This document shows, one piece after another, positions 26,964 through 35,326 of a DNA stretch of 64,000 bases (within the stretch, counting starts at the first letter, position 1; every line of letters begins with the position of its first letter). Both the position numbers and the translations under genes were made by a program. The DNA lies in assembly GCA_017623595.1 (NCBI GenBank), contig JAGAOU010000044.1, positions 68,914 to 132,913 of the forward strand. Direction: 5' to 3'. The notes beneath the pieces were generated by a model. That model ran no database searches. It was not told the origin of the DNA and worked only from the letters and a program-made list of their open reading frames with translations. Source of the stretch: Clostridia bacterium (GTDB lineage: Bacteria; Bacillota; Clostridia; Oscillospirales; UBA644).

Positions 26964-27533
26964 ATGAACCGGAAAAAGAAAATATGTCTTCTTTCGTTGT
27001 GCATGATCTTTCTCTTTCTGACGGTTGTTTCGGTTTCTGTGGGTGATACATTTGCCCGCTATACAACGCAGTTTTCGGGCATCGTTTCCTATTCTGCAGG
27101 ATCCATCCCCTCATTTAAAGTAAACGATGAAAGTGTGGTTTCTTCCCATTCGTTGAAACCCGACGCGGATGCCTGGACTTCCTTGGGAGGCGAAAAGATT
27201 TATTCTTTTGATGTTTCTGCTACAGACTCCGCACGTAATACTCAGCTTCGGGTTCGCGTTTTTGTCGAGGAGGATGAATCTGCCACGATGCCAACCGTTG
27301 CTTTGACAATGGATGACACCCGCTATACTTCCCAATTCGACTACCTTGGTCAAAATACCCCCTTTTACCTGTTGCATAAAACCGAGGGATGGTATTACTG
27401 TTTTACCCTTGAAAATGAAGAAATTCTGTGTTTTTTGAATGGCAACGAAAGTAAAACCCTTACCGTTTCCGTCCACAACACCGAAATTGATTTGTCTCGC
27501 ATCTGGATTTGTATTGATCGAGTTTCTGCTTGA
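26964..27533 (+). CDS. small SipW-type-signal protein (~189 aa)
   Basis: ATG 26964 is 8 nt after GGAG. N-terminus KKKICLLSLCMIFLFLTVVSVSVGDTFARYTTQFSGIVSYSAGS (T-F/Y-A-x-F/Y motif). No other recognisable domain. Confidence 0.55.
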   Translation: MNRKKKICLLSLCMIFLFLTVVSVSVGDTFARYTTQFSGIVSYSAGSIPSFKVNDESVVSSHSLKPDADAWTSLGGEKIYSFDVSATDSARNTQLRVRVFVEEDESATMPTVALTMDDTRYTSQFDYLGQNTPFYLLHKTEGWYYCFTLENEEILCFLNGNESKTLTVSVHNTEIDLSRIWICIDRVSA

Positions 27534-27558
27534 TCCCATTGCTCACAGGAGAATGAAT

Positions 27559-30500
27559 ATGAGAGAATCGCAAAGAAGAATTAACGAGTACAAACGAGCC
27601 CTTCCCCGATTAAAGGAGAAGGTAATCGCTGTTGCTTTGTTGCTTGCCGTATCCGCATCTATGATGGTTACGGTTACTTTTGCATGGGTTGCTTTGTCTA
27701 CAAACCCTGAAGTGAGTGGTGTTAATACCAGCATTGCCTCCAACGGTAACCTGGAGATCGCCCTTGCTACGGGCACTCTGACCGATGCCTCCGCTCCCGG
27801 CGCATCTCAGATCGGCGACAGTAACCTCGATACCCTCCTGCGTAACGTCACCTGGGGCAACCTGATCAATTTGGGCGATGCCCGCTACGGCCTCGATAAT
27901 ATTGTTCTCCGTCCTGCTCTTCTCTATGAAAGTGAGTTAATCACCTCTCCTCTTTATGGTCCGGTGTATGATGCTTCTGGACGGGTGGTTGATTTGAATA
28001 CTAACTTTGGTTATTCTAAGTGGAAGGAGTCTGCAAGTCGTTTTGAAGATACGGATGAACTGGGAATTCGTGCCATTACCTCTATGGTATACGGTGAAGA
28101 TAGTGATGCAAGCATCTACGGAGAAAGACTGAATCGTATTAAATCTGACATTCGTAGAGCTCAGGTTAACTACCAGAATATGGCTTATAACCAAGAATAC
28201 ATGGATGCATTGGCATCTATGATGACGGGTTATATGGTTCAAAATGTTTTAAAGGTAAACTCTTCGGTTGGGGGTATGATTAGCGATGCGACAATTCTTA
28301 AAAACGATTTGAAACAATTTTCATCTATGTATAGAACATTGATGGATAGTTATGTTGAATTTGCAGATGTATTAGCCTCACTTCTCAACCTTCAGGCAGA
28401 GTTGAATGGTAAAAGCATTTCAATTACCGGCGCTCAAATAATGGAACTGCCGTATGATACAGATACAAAAAGTGCTTATAATGCGCTTTTGGAAATGGGG
28501 TTTGAGACCTGTTCTGCTGACGATAAAACGATCGGGTTTGTGGAGGAAGTCGACCTGTTTTTGTCGGATTATAATATTTTGGTGAATGATGTTGTTAGAA
28601 TTGACAATTTGATTTCCAGTATTAGCGGCACTTCTGTTTCTTGGCCTAAATCGCCTGTTGTTGAAGGAACGGAAAAGAAATTAATCGATGATATTATCGA
28701 TAATCTTGTCAATGTAAAGGAATGTACGATTACCGGTGGTGAGTATAAAAATTTAAAGATTAAGAGTGTTGGTGCGACTGCAGCAATGAGCTTGAAGAAT
28801 GCCGGAACTTGTGAAACAAAAATAACAAATGGTGTATTGTACAATTTCGATAGTATCACCGGTGCAAGAATTAAAAATCCCGATGGAAATCCTTTGAAAT
28901 TGACTGTTCAGGTAATGGGGACTCAGACCATTACTTCCAATGTTTCCACAAGCGCAGAGGGTGACTATTTTGCTAATGAAGTGACTTTGGTTAAGGGTAT
29001 TATTGACGATAAGTTTAGTGAGCCTAAGTTAATCGCCAACGATACCTACGGCTTTGCTGTGGATTTTTGGGTTCGCACCAATGCCGCAAATTCTTATCTT
29101 ACCCTTCAGGGTAATGTTCTTACCGATACCGAAATGGTTGATGTGAAAGGTAAAGACCTCGATGGTAACGAGGTTCAGCTTTATACCATTACTGTGAAGG
29201 TACAGACCGAAGAATCGGAAAGCACCTCCTCCGACTCTTCCTCAAACACTGAGGGCGGTGGGCTTCTTGAGGACTTGAATACTGTCTCCTATGATGTATA
29301 TTACTATCCTCAGAAGGATGCTGACGGAAAAGATGTAACGGATGATCAGGGCAAAGTTGTCAACGATCTTCGCTATGCCTCCAACCATCAGATCGTGACT
29401 GCGGAGAGCCTTGGTCTTGCGGAAGGGGATCCTATCCCTGAACCCAGTAAAAAGGTTGAGGAAGTGGAATACGTCATTGGCTTTGAGGGCGACAACCGTA
29501 TATGGGAAGGGGATCAGCACTCCCTGCTTTCCGTCAATAGCACTACTCAGGGTAGTGGTAGTTGTTATGTCTTTTATGCCGAGACTCCCGTTGATCAGGA
29601 ACGCAGTTTGGAGCTTCTGAAATCTATGAAGGTTGCCTTTGTTTCGGCGGATGGTACTCTTCTTGCTACTGCCTATATGGATTCCGATCGTCATTTTTCA
29701 GATAGTGGTAAGGTGATCGTTCCCATGGTTCTGGATAGCGAGAGCACCAGTATTGGTACCGACGAAGATGGTAATATTCGTTATGCAATTACTGCCCTTG
29801 AGCAGAATGTTCCTACCCGTATTACTGCTATTGTATATTTGGATGGCTCCGATTTGACCAATGATGATGTTCTTGCTTCTGCTGATATCGAAGGGCGCAT
29901 GAACATTCAGTTCGGTTCTTCTGCGGTTCTTTATCCTCTCGATAATGAAACTCTTTACAATGCCGAACTGTACGCGGAAGTGGATTCGATTTCTCCCGGA
30001 AGCTTCGACTATGATACTTTGGCCGAGGGCGATTCTATGACTTCCCACGTAAAGGTTCGTATTACGGGAACACAGCCAAAAGTTGTTATAGCAAACTTCA
30101 TTCGCCGCATCAATGCCACCCAGGGCTCTCCCGAAGACACCTTTATTCTTACGGATGCCGATGGTGACGGTGTTTGGGAAGGGGATTATACCTTCCTTTC
30201 TCCTGGTACGTATATCCTTCGCAGTGTCACCATGGACGGCGTGGAGCGCGACCTTCAGGTTCCCTCCGGCGTGGAGGGGAAACAATATCCCACAGTTGTA
30301 GTCAAAGGCTTTTCTATTTCTTCGGTTAATTACAGCATGTCCCGTTTTGTTATGACCGACGCAGGCTCTTATAGCGGAACGGTTTCCTTGAAGTTTGCTA
30401 CCGATGATCCTGAAAAGATGCCAACCTCCGTCATCGGGAAATTTACCCGTGGTGACGGTGTCGCCGTCAACGTCAATTTTGTTTATAACCCGACTTCTGG

Positions 30501-32553
30501 GGACTGGCAAGGACGTGCTGATTTTGTTTCTTCCGGGGAATATACTATGCAGTATGTGATTCTTGATGGTGAATATACTGAACTCGCTCAAAATCACCAG
30601 TGTACCGTCGAACTCATCCTCGGCATGCGCGTTCATGTTGAAACGCTCTCTGATACTAACATGATTTATGGTGATGAAAACACTCCCGAGACATTGGAAA
30701 TGCGTGTGCAGATTCTTGACAACAGTGGTAACCTTATTCCGTCTCTTGCAAACGCCGACCTGTATTATTCGATGGGTGGTCCCGAAATACTTCACACTCG
30801 CCTGATATGGAATGGTGATTTGGAGGTGTATGAAGGAGAGTTTAGGACTGCTGCCGGTACATGGCGTTTTAGTCGTGTTGAAATTGAAATGGGTAATAAC
30901 AGTAAGAATACTCTTACTGCAGTTAACTCGAATGCTCCCGTTTTTGTTATTATTCCTCCCACTCCTCCCACCTTTGTTAGGGGCGATGGCACATTGGCGC
31001 AACTGATGACCAAGGCTTCGGATAAGGGATCTGTTTTCGTCTATTTGAAGGATGCTACTTCTGCAAAGGTTGTGGCAATGCTTGTAAATGAAGAAGGCAA
31101 GGTTGATTATGTTCTGCCCAAGGCACAGGATAGTGGCGGAGACTTCTTTGTAGACGGTGACAAACAGGGCTTTATATTCCCTGTGGATGACGGTTTGTGG
31201 ACGTTGAAAGCTGTTTCTGCATTCAATGTCTTTGATAGTGACAGTAATCTCCACTCCCTGCCTTCTGATGGCACCGTTGATACGGAAGAGGACTTCGAAT
31301 CCGGTGTTGTCTTTGAGGTCAACGCTGAGCCCGTTGCAGTGCTTCATACTTCTGCCATTGAAATCAATGTGAACTATGATGAAACCCTTGCGGGCTTTTC
31401 CGCAAAGGATGAGGCAACAAAGACCTATTACTACGGTACCGATGCCAACAAGAATCCTACCGCCGGGTTTATGACCTCTCATGCTCTCGCAAAGGATAGT
31501 ATTGTAGTTACTTTCAGCGATCCCTACGGATTTATTCGTAGCGGTAAGTTTACTATTTCCAACGTTAAGGCTAATTTGGAATATGACACTGTAAATACTA
31601 CCTATGGTGGTTATACTGCGGTTTCCAATGCTCCTGTGAGTGGAGTAATTCATACGCCTCTTTCCTTTGTTGGTTCCGGAACGAGATTTACTCTTAGCGA
31701 TGCTGTTTCCTTGCAGTATGCTGCAAAATATGGATTCTCGGATAGTGATTCTCTGAATGACATCATCACCTATGATGTCACGCCGGCTATTGCAAAAGCA
31801 GAAGCAAAAACCGTGACTGGTGCAGCAAAGAATGCGTATACGTTTGAAGTTTGGTCGAAGGCACCGACGGTATATATTTCTGATATTACTATGGATGGTG
31901 CAGGGGCGTATTCTGTGGATCTACATACAACAGGATCGCTGGCAGATACATCTACGTATAAAACAGAGTCGAGCGGTTGCTTTACTGACTATGTTTATAC
32001 TTGTACAACAAATAAAAACCACATATTTGCAAGCAAAAACACAGGGTATATTTCAAGAATAGAAGAAGGTTCTTTGACTGCATGGTTGTATTTCAAGTGT
32101 AATCATGATGATGTTGAAACGTATGATGGTGGAAGGGTAAACGGATATAACGGAGGCGCGACTTTTAAGGGACATACTTATCTTTATAATAATGGAAACG
32201 GCGTCCCCGCTGCGACTTTGACACTTACAGACATGGGGAAGGCGACTAACGCTAAACTGACATTTGTTAAATCCGGTGGTGGTGAAGTTGTCATGATTAC
32301 TCAGTATACCGCTGATCGATCTGGTGGAACGTATTGGGGTGATTACAATACATATGGAACCGATTCTTATGTGTGGAATAGTAATGGTGAATGTAAACGT
32401 TTCATTGGTGTTATGGATAATGGTGCAGGCAGTAACAAGAGTGATACAAAAACTGTTGCTGGAACTATTATTGCGGATACCTTAACGTTGACATATAACG
32501 GGGTTCAGTATTCGGTTCCTATAGCAAAGATTACAATCAATAATCCTTATTAA
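27559..32553 (+). CDS. giant SipW-type-signal, TasA-like family protein (~1664 aa) with long C-terminal extension
   Basis: ORF 27439..32553; ATG 27559 is 7 nt after AGGAG. N-terminus AVALLLAVSASMMVTVTFAWVALSTNPEVSGVNTSIASNGNLEIA. Motifs FAVDFWVRTNAANSYLTLQG and AIVYLDGSDLTNDDVLASADIEGRMNIQFGSSAVLYPL at about residue 790. These are followed by ~900 aa of beta-rich sequence and a Cys/Gly/Asn/aromatic-rich terminal module. Confidence 0.75.
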   Translation: MRESQRRINEYKRALPRLKEKVIAVALLLAVSASMMVTVTFAWVALSTNPEVSGVNTSIASNGNLEIALATGTLTDASAPGASQIGDSNLDTLLRNVTWGNLINLGDARYGLDNIVLRPALLYESELITSPLYGPVYDASGRVVDLNTNFGYSKWKESASRFEDTDELGIRAITSMVYGEDSDASIYGERLNRIKSDIRRAQVNYQNMAYNQEYMDALASMMTGYMVQNVLKVNSSVGGMISDATILKNDLKQFSSMYRTLMDSYVEFADVLASLLNLQAELNGKSISITGAQIMELPYDTDTKSAYNALLEMGFETCSADDKTIGFVEEVDLFLSDYNILVNDVVRIDNLISSISGTSVSWPKSPVVEGTEKKLIDDIIDNLVNVKECTITGGEYKNLKIKSVGATAAMSLKNAGTCETKITNGVLYNFDSITGARIKNPDGNPLKLTVQVMGTQTITSNVSTSAEGDYFANEVTLVKGIIDDKFSEPKLIANDTYGFAVDFWVRTNAANSYLTLQGNVLTDTEMVDVKGKDLDGNEVQLYTITVKVQTEESESTSSDSSSNTEGGGLLEDLNTVSYDVYYYPQKDADGKDVTDDQGKVVNDLRYASNHQIVTAESLGLAEGDPIPEPSKKVEEVEYVIGFEGDNRIWEGDQHSLLSVNSTTQGSGSCYVFYAETPVDQERSLELLKSMKVAFVSADGTLLATAYMDSDRHFSDSGKVIVPMVLDSESTSIGTDEDGNIRYAITALEQNVPTRITAIVYLDGSDLTNDDVLASADIEGRMNIQFGSSAVLYPLDNETLYNAELYAEVDSISPGSFDYDTLAEGDSMTSHVKVRITGTQPKVVIANFIRRINATQGSPEDTFILTDADGDGVWEGDYTFLSPGTYILRSVTMDGVERDLQVPSGVEGKQYPTVVVKGFSISSVNYSMSRFVMTDAGSYSGTVSLKFATDDPEKMPTSVIGKFTRGDGVAVNVNFVYNPTSGDWQGRADFVSSGEYTMQYVILDGEYTELAQNHQCTVELILGMRVHVETLSDTNMIYGDENTPETLEMRVQILDNSGNLIPSLANADLYYSMGGPEILHTRLIWNGDLEVYEGEFRTAAGTWRFSRVEIEMGNNSKNTLTAVNSNAPVFVIIPPTPPTFVRGDGTLAQLMTKASDKGSVFVYLKDATSAKVVAMLVNEEGKVDYVLPKAQDSGGDFFVDGDKQGFIFPVDDGLWTLKAVSAFNVFDSDSNLHSLPSDGTVDTEEDFESGVVFEVNAEPVAVLHTSAIEINVNYDETLAGFSAKDEATKTYYYGTDANKNPTAGFMTSHALAKDSIVVTFSDPYGFIRSGKFTISNVKANLEYDTVNTTYGGYTAVSNAPVSGVIHTPLSFVGSGTRFTLSDAVSLQYAAKYGFSDSDSLNDIITYDVTPAIAKAEAKTVTGAAKNAYTFEVWSKAPTVYISDITMDGAGAYSVDLHTTGSLADTSTYKTESSGCFTDYVYTCTTNKNHIFASKNTGYISRIEEGSLTAWLYFKCNHDDVETYDGGRVNGYNGGATFKGHTYLYNNGNGVPAATLTLTDMGKATNAKLTFVKSGGGEVVMITQYTADRSGGTYWGDYNTYGTDSYVWNSNGECKRFIGVMDNGAGSNKSDTKTVAGTIIADTLTLTYNGVQYSVPIAKITINNPY

Positions 32554-32559
32554 GAATCT

Positions 32560-32593
32560 GGAGCTTGTCCTTAATAATATAAGGACAAGCTCC
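32560..32593 (+). terminator. perfect 14-bp hairpin after the giant gene (no U-tail)
   Basis: ggagcttgtcctta-ataata-taaggacaagctcc. The downstream sequence is gatggaagag, so intrinsic-terminator function is uncertain. Confidence 0.45.
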
Positions 32594-32608
32594 GATGGAA
32601 GAGAATAA

Positions 32609-33346
32609 ATGCAAGAGTATATTCAACAAATTCTGATAGACATTCGACAGGCAAATTTAGAGAATGTCATATATTATGGGACAACAATAATAGGAATTAT
32701 TGTAATGTTGTTTTATAGTTTATATTACGCAAAAAAGGTTAATATTAGTCGAACAAAAGCTGTTGTTAGCATACTTCTAGGGTCTACGATTGTCTTTTTC
32801 TTACTTCACGGCTCTTTGTTTGCAGTTAGGTTTATTGCAGAACACCAAATATTGAATATACATTCAGTTCAAAATAGCTTGGGGCGTGTCTTTGTTCTCG
32901 TTCCAATCGTTTCATTCCTTTTGAGTAAAATATTAAAAATACCACCAAATAAATTAAATGATCTGTTTGCTTTTAGTCAACCTCTAATTTGGGGAACAAC
33001 CTCGATTGGTTGTTTGTTTGCAGGGTGTTGTAATGGATATAGCTGTGAATGGGGCATATATAATGCAAGGTTAGACAGTTTTGTATTTCCTACGCAGTTC
33101 TTTAATGCATTGATATTGATTGGTATTTTCCTTGTTCTGATTAAAATATTTCAAAAGAATCACTATAATACAAAGGGGATTTTGTATCCATTGATGTTGA
33201 TTATGGTAGGTTTAACCCGCTTTTTTACCGAATTTTTGATGGATAGTGAAAAAATCCTTTTTGGTGTTTCTGCGGTTGGCGTCCATTGTCTAGTAATGCT
33301 TTTAGTTGGTTTTGTGTGGATTCAGAAATGTAGGTTAAAGAATTAA
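32609..33346 (+). CDS. polytopic membrane protein, Lgt-like (prolipoprotein diacylglyceryl transferase family paralogue)
   Basis: Six to seven hydrophobic helices. SIGCLFAGCCNGYSCEWGIYN resembles the GR-x-GCF-x-GCC-x-G variant of the Lgt signature seen in some Firmicutes paralogues (from memory). Markedly AT-rich gene. Confidence 0.4.
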   Translation: MQEYIQQILIDIRQANLENVIYYGTTIIGIIVMLFYSLYYAKKVNISRTKAVVSILLGSTIVFFLLHGSLFAVRFIAEHQILNIHSVQNSLGRVFVLVPIVSFLLSKILKIPPNKLNDLFAFSQPLIWGTTSIGCLFAGCCNGYSCEWGIYNARLDSFVFPTQFFNALILIGIFLVLIKIFQKNHYNTKGILYPLMLIMVGLTRFFTEFLMDSEKILFGVSAVGVHCLVMLLVGFVWIQKCRLKN

Positions 33347-33408
33347 ACACGCTGGTGTAAGATCTTTATGAAGTAAAAGTTTGTTTTTTGTTAATGAGGT
33401 AGGTATCT

Positions 33409-35184
33409 ATGATCCGTCTTAAGTCAAAATTGAATATCAAGCGGAGCATAGGTCTCCTTTTGGTGCTGGCCTGTCTGTTGGTCGGGTTGCCTGCCCGTGC
33501 CGCCGAAAGCGGCACCTGCGGTCAGAATCTGAACTGGACCTTCGATCAGGGCACCCTTACCATCACCGGGGAAGGGGCCATGACCGAGTTCAACGAGTAC
33601 CGTACCGCTCCTTGGTACCACCTCCGCGAACAAATCACCAAGGTTATCCTTCCCGACGGCCTTACCTCCATTGGCCGCCTCGCTTTTTACGGATGCACCG
33701 CCCTGCGCGCCGTTTCCTTCCCGGATTCTCTGCGCACGATCGGGGACAGTGCCTTCTATAATTGCGAAAAACTGGTGCAGGTGCGGATGTCCTCCACCCT
33801 CTCCAAAATCGGCCGCCAAGCCTTCTACGGCTGCACTTCTCTTGTGTTTATCTCCCTTCCCATCAGCCTGGAATCGGTGGGCGACAAGGCTTTTTATCTC
33901 TGTGAAAGCCTCGTTTCCATTACCCTTCCCCGCTATGCGGAAAAGCTGGGCACGCAGGTGTTCGCTTACTGCACCTCCCTTCTTCGCGTGCAGATTGACG
34001 CCCCCATTAAAACCGTCCCCGAATGGATGTTCTATGGATGCGAGAATCTCGCCGAGGTCGCTCTTCCTTCCACCGTCACAGAGGCTGAATATTATGCCTT
34101 TAAGCGGTGCGATTCTCTTACGGGTATTTACCATTCCGGCGATAAAAACACCCTCAATTCCCTGCGACAGGACATTTCCGAAAGCAATCCTTCCTTTGCT
34201 GCCTCCGGCTATATCGGCAACGGCACCTTGACGGACACCTCCCATTCCTCCTCTTTGGAATATGATCTTGACGGCGAGTTGATTTCTCAGACCAACACCA
34301 CCGTCACGCTGGAAGAAGGCGTGACCCTTGTCACAAAGGTGGAAAGCAAGCCTGCAGAGGAGGGATCTGCCGGTACTTATACCACCGATCTTTCCATTAC
34401 CGTGAATTCGGATTCTTGGGCCACTGCCACCGATGCGATCACCGATGCCTTGGGCCAAGTCAACGATACCTATTCTTCTTCTGCGATTTCTCAGGGGACA
34501 AAGGTCACGGTTTATACCGACGGATCCCCCGTGGATGAAGATTTTCTCAAGGAAATGGCGGGTCGTGACGTTCAGCTGGAGATTGTTACCCCCGGCGGGG
34601 ACACTTGGCGTGTGGACTGCTCGGGAATCGACACCTCCGATGTCAACGGCGCTCCCAATTACTCCTATACCGTCAATACTGCCCCCGATTCCTCTCGGGA
34701 GTCTTTGGGTACAGATAATTGCTTTGGCCTGAATTTCAACGATTCTTCTTCTTTGAAGAGCGAAATTCTCATTCGCCTTCCCGATTCCACCGCAAACACC
34801 AATGCCTTCCTCTATCAGGTGGAGTCGGACGGTTCCCACACCCGCTTGCAGGCCTCTGTGGTGGACAATGACGGCAATGCCCATTTTTATCTCTCTTCGG
34901 TAGACAAAGATACGCAGTATATTGTGGGAATCAATGTTCCGGGAGAAAACACGGATGATGTGATCATTCCCGATGAAATGAGCCCCGTCTACGGCGCTAT
35001 TCAGCGCTTGGAGCATATTGAATATGTCGAAACCGGTGTCCGCGAGATGGGAGGCTTGACCCTTGCCGATGTTATGCTCATTGCCATTGGTGGGTTGGTT
35101 CTTGTTTCCATCATCGTCGGTATTGTGATGTTCTTCCTGAACAAGCGAAAGCTGATGAACATGTATTCCGCAAAACATTCCTGA
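33409..35184 (+). CDS. BspA-type leucine-rich-repeat surface protein with C-terminal TM anchor
   Basis: Signal peptide ...LPARA/AE. Start-of-domain motif CGQNLNWTFDQGTLTITGEGAM. Repeated (I/L)P(D/S)xLxxIGxxAFYxCxxL units. C-terminal helix LADVMLIAIGGLVLVSIIVGIVMFFL followed by NKRK. Confidence 0.85.
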   Translation: MIRLKSKLNIKRSIGLLLVLACLLVGLPARAAESGTCGQNLNWTFDQGTLTITGEGAMTEFNEYRTAPWYHLREQITKVILPDGLTSIGRLAFYGCTALRAVSFPDSLRTIGDSAFYNCEKLVQVRMSSTLSKIGRQAFYGCTSLVFISLPISLESVGDKAFYLCESLVSITLPRYAEKLGTQVFAYCTSLLRVQIDAPIKTVPEWMFYGCENLAEVALPSTVTEAEYYAFKRCDSLTGIYHSGDKNTLNSLRQDISESNPSFAASGYIGNGTLTDTSHSSSLEYDLDGELISQTNTTVTLEEGVTLVTKVESKPAEEGSAGTYTTDLSITVNSDSWATATDAITDALGQVNDTYSSSAISQGTKVTVYTDGSPVDEDFLKEMAGRDVQLEIVTPGGDTWRVDCSGIDTSDVNGAPNYSYTVNTAPDSSRESLGTDNCFGLNFNDSSSLKSEILIRLPDSTANTNAFLYQVESDGSHTRLQASVVDNDGNAHFYLSSVDKDTQYIVGINVPGENTDDVIIPDEMSPVYGAIQRLEHIEYVETGVREMGGLTLADVMLIAIGGLVLVSIIVGIVMFFLNKRKLMNMYSAKHS

Positions 35185-35199
35185 TTTCGATTTCTTTCG

Positions 35200-35231
35200 T
35201 GTCCCCCAAAACGGGGGACATATTTTTTTTT
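35200..35231 (+). terminator. rho-independent terminator ending the surface locus
   Basis: tgtccccc-aaaac-gggggaca followed by tattttttttt. Confidence 0.85.
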
Positions 35232-35326
35232 GACCGAAAGTGCACACTTTTTGATTGAAAAAGACAAGAAAACGGAGGAGGAATGTGGTATAATGGTAGC
35301 CGGAAAAAGGTAGAAAAGAGGCTTTT

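Noticed and set aside
3077-35184. Sortase/LPXTG or SLH-based anchoring, and mobile-element origin of the whole locus
   Set aside because: I found no LPXTG-like sorting signal, sortase, SLH repeat, integrase, transposase or flanking direct repeats. Anchoring appears to rely on C-terminal TM helices and a cohesin-like/dockerin pair. Only the 31.98-33.4 kb patch looks compositionally foreign.
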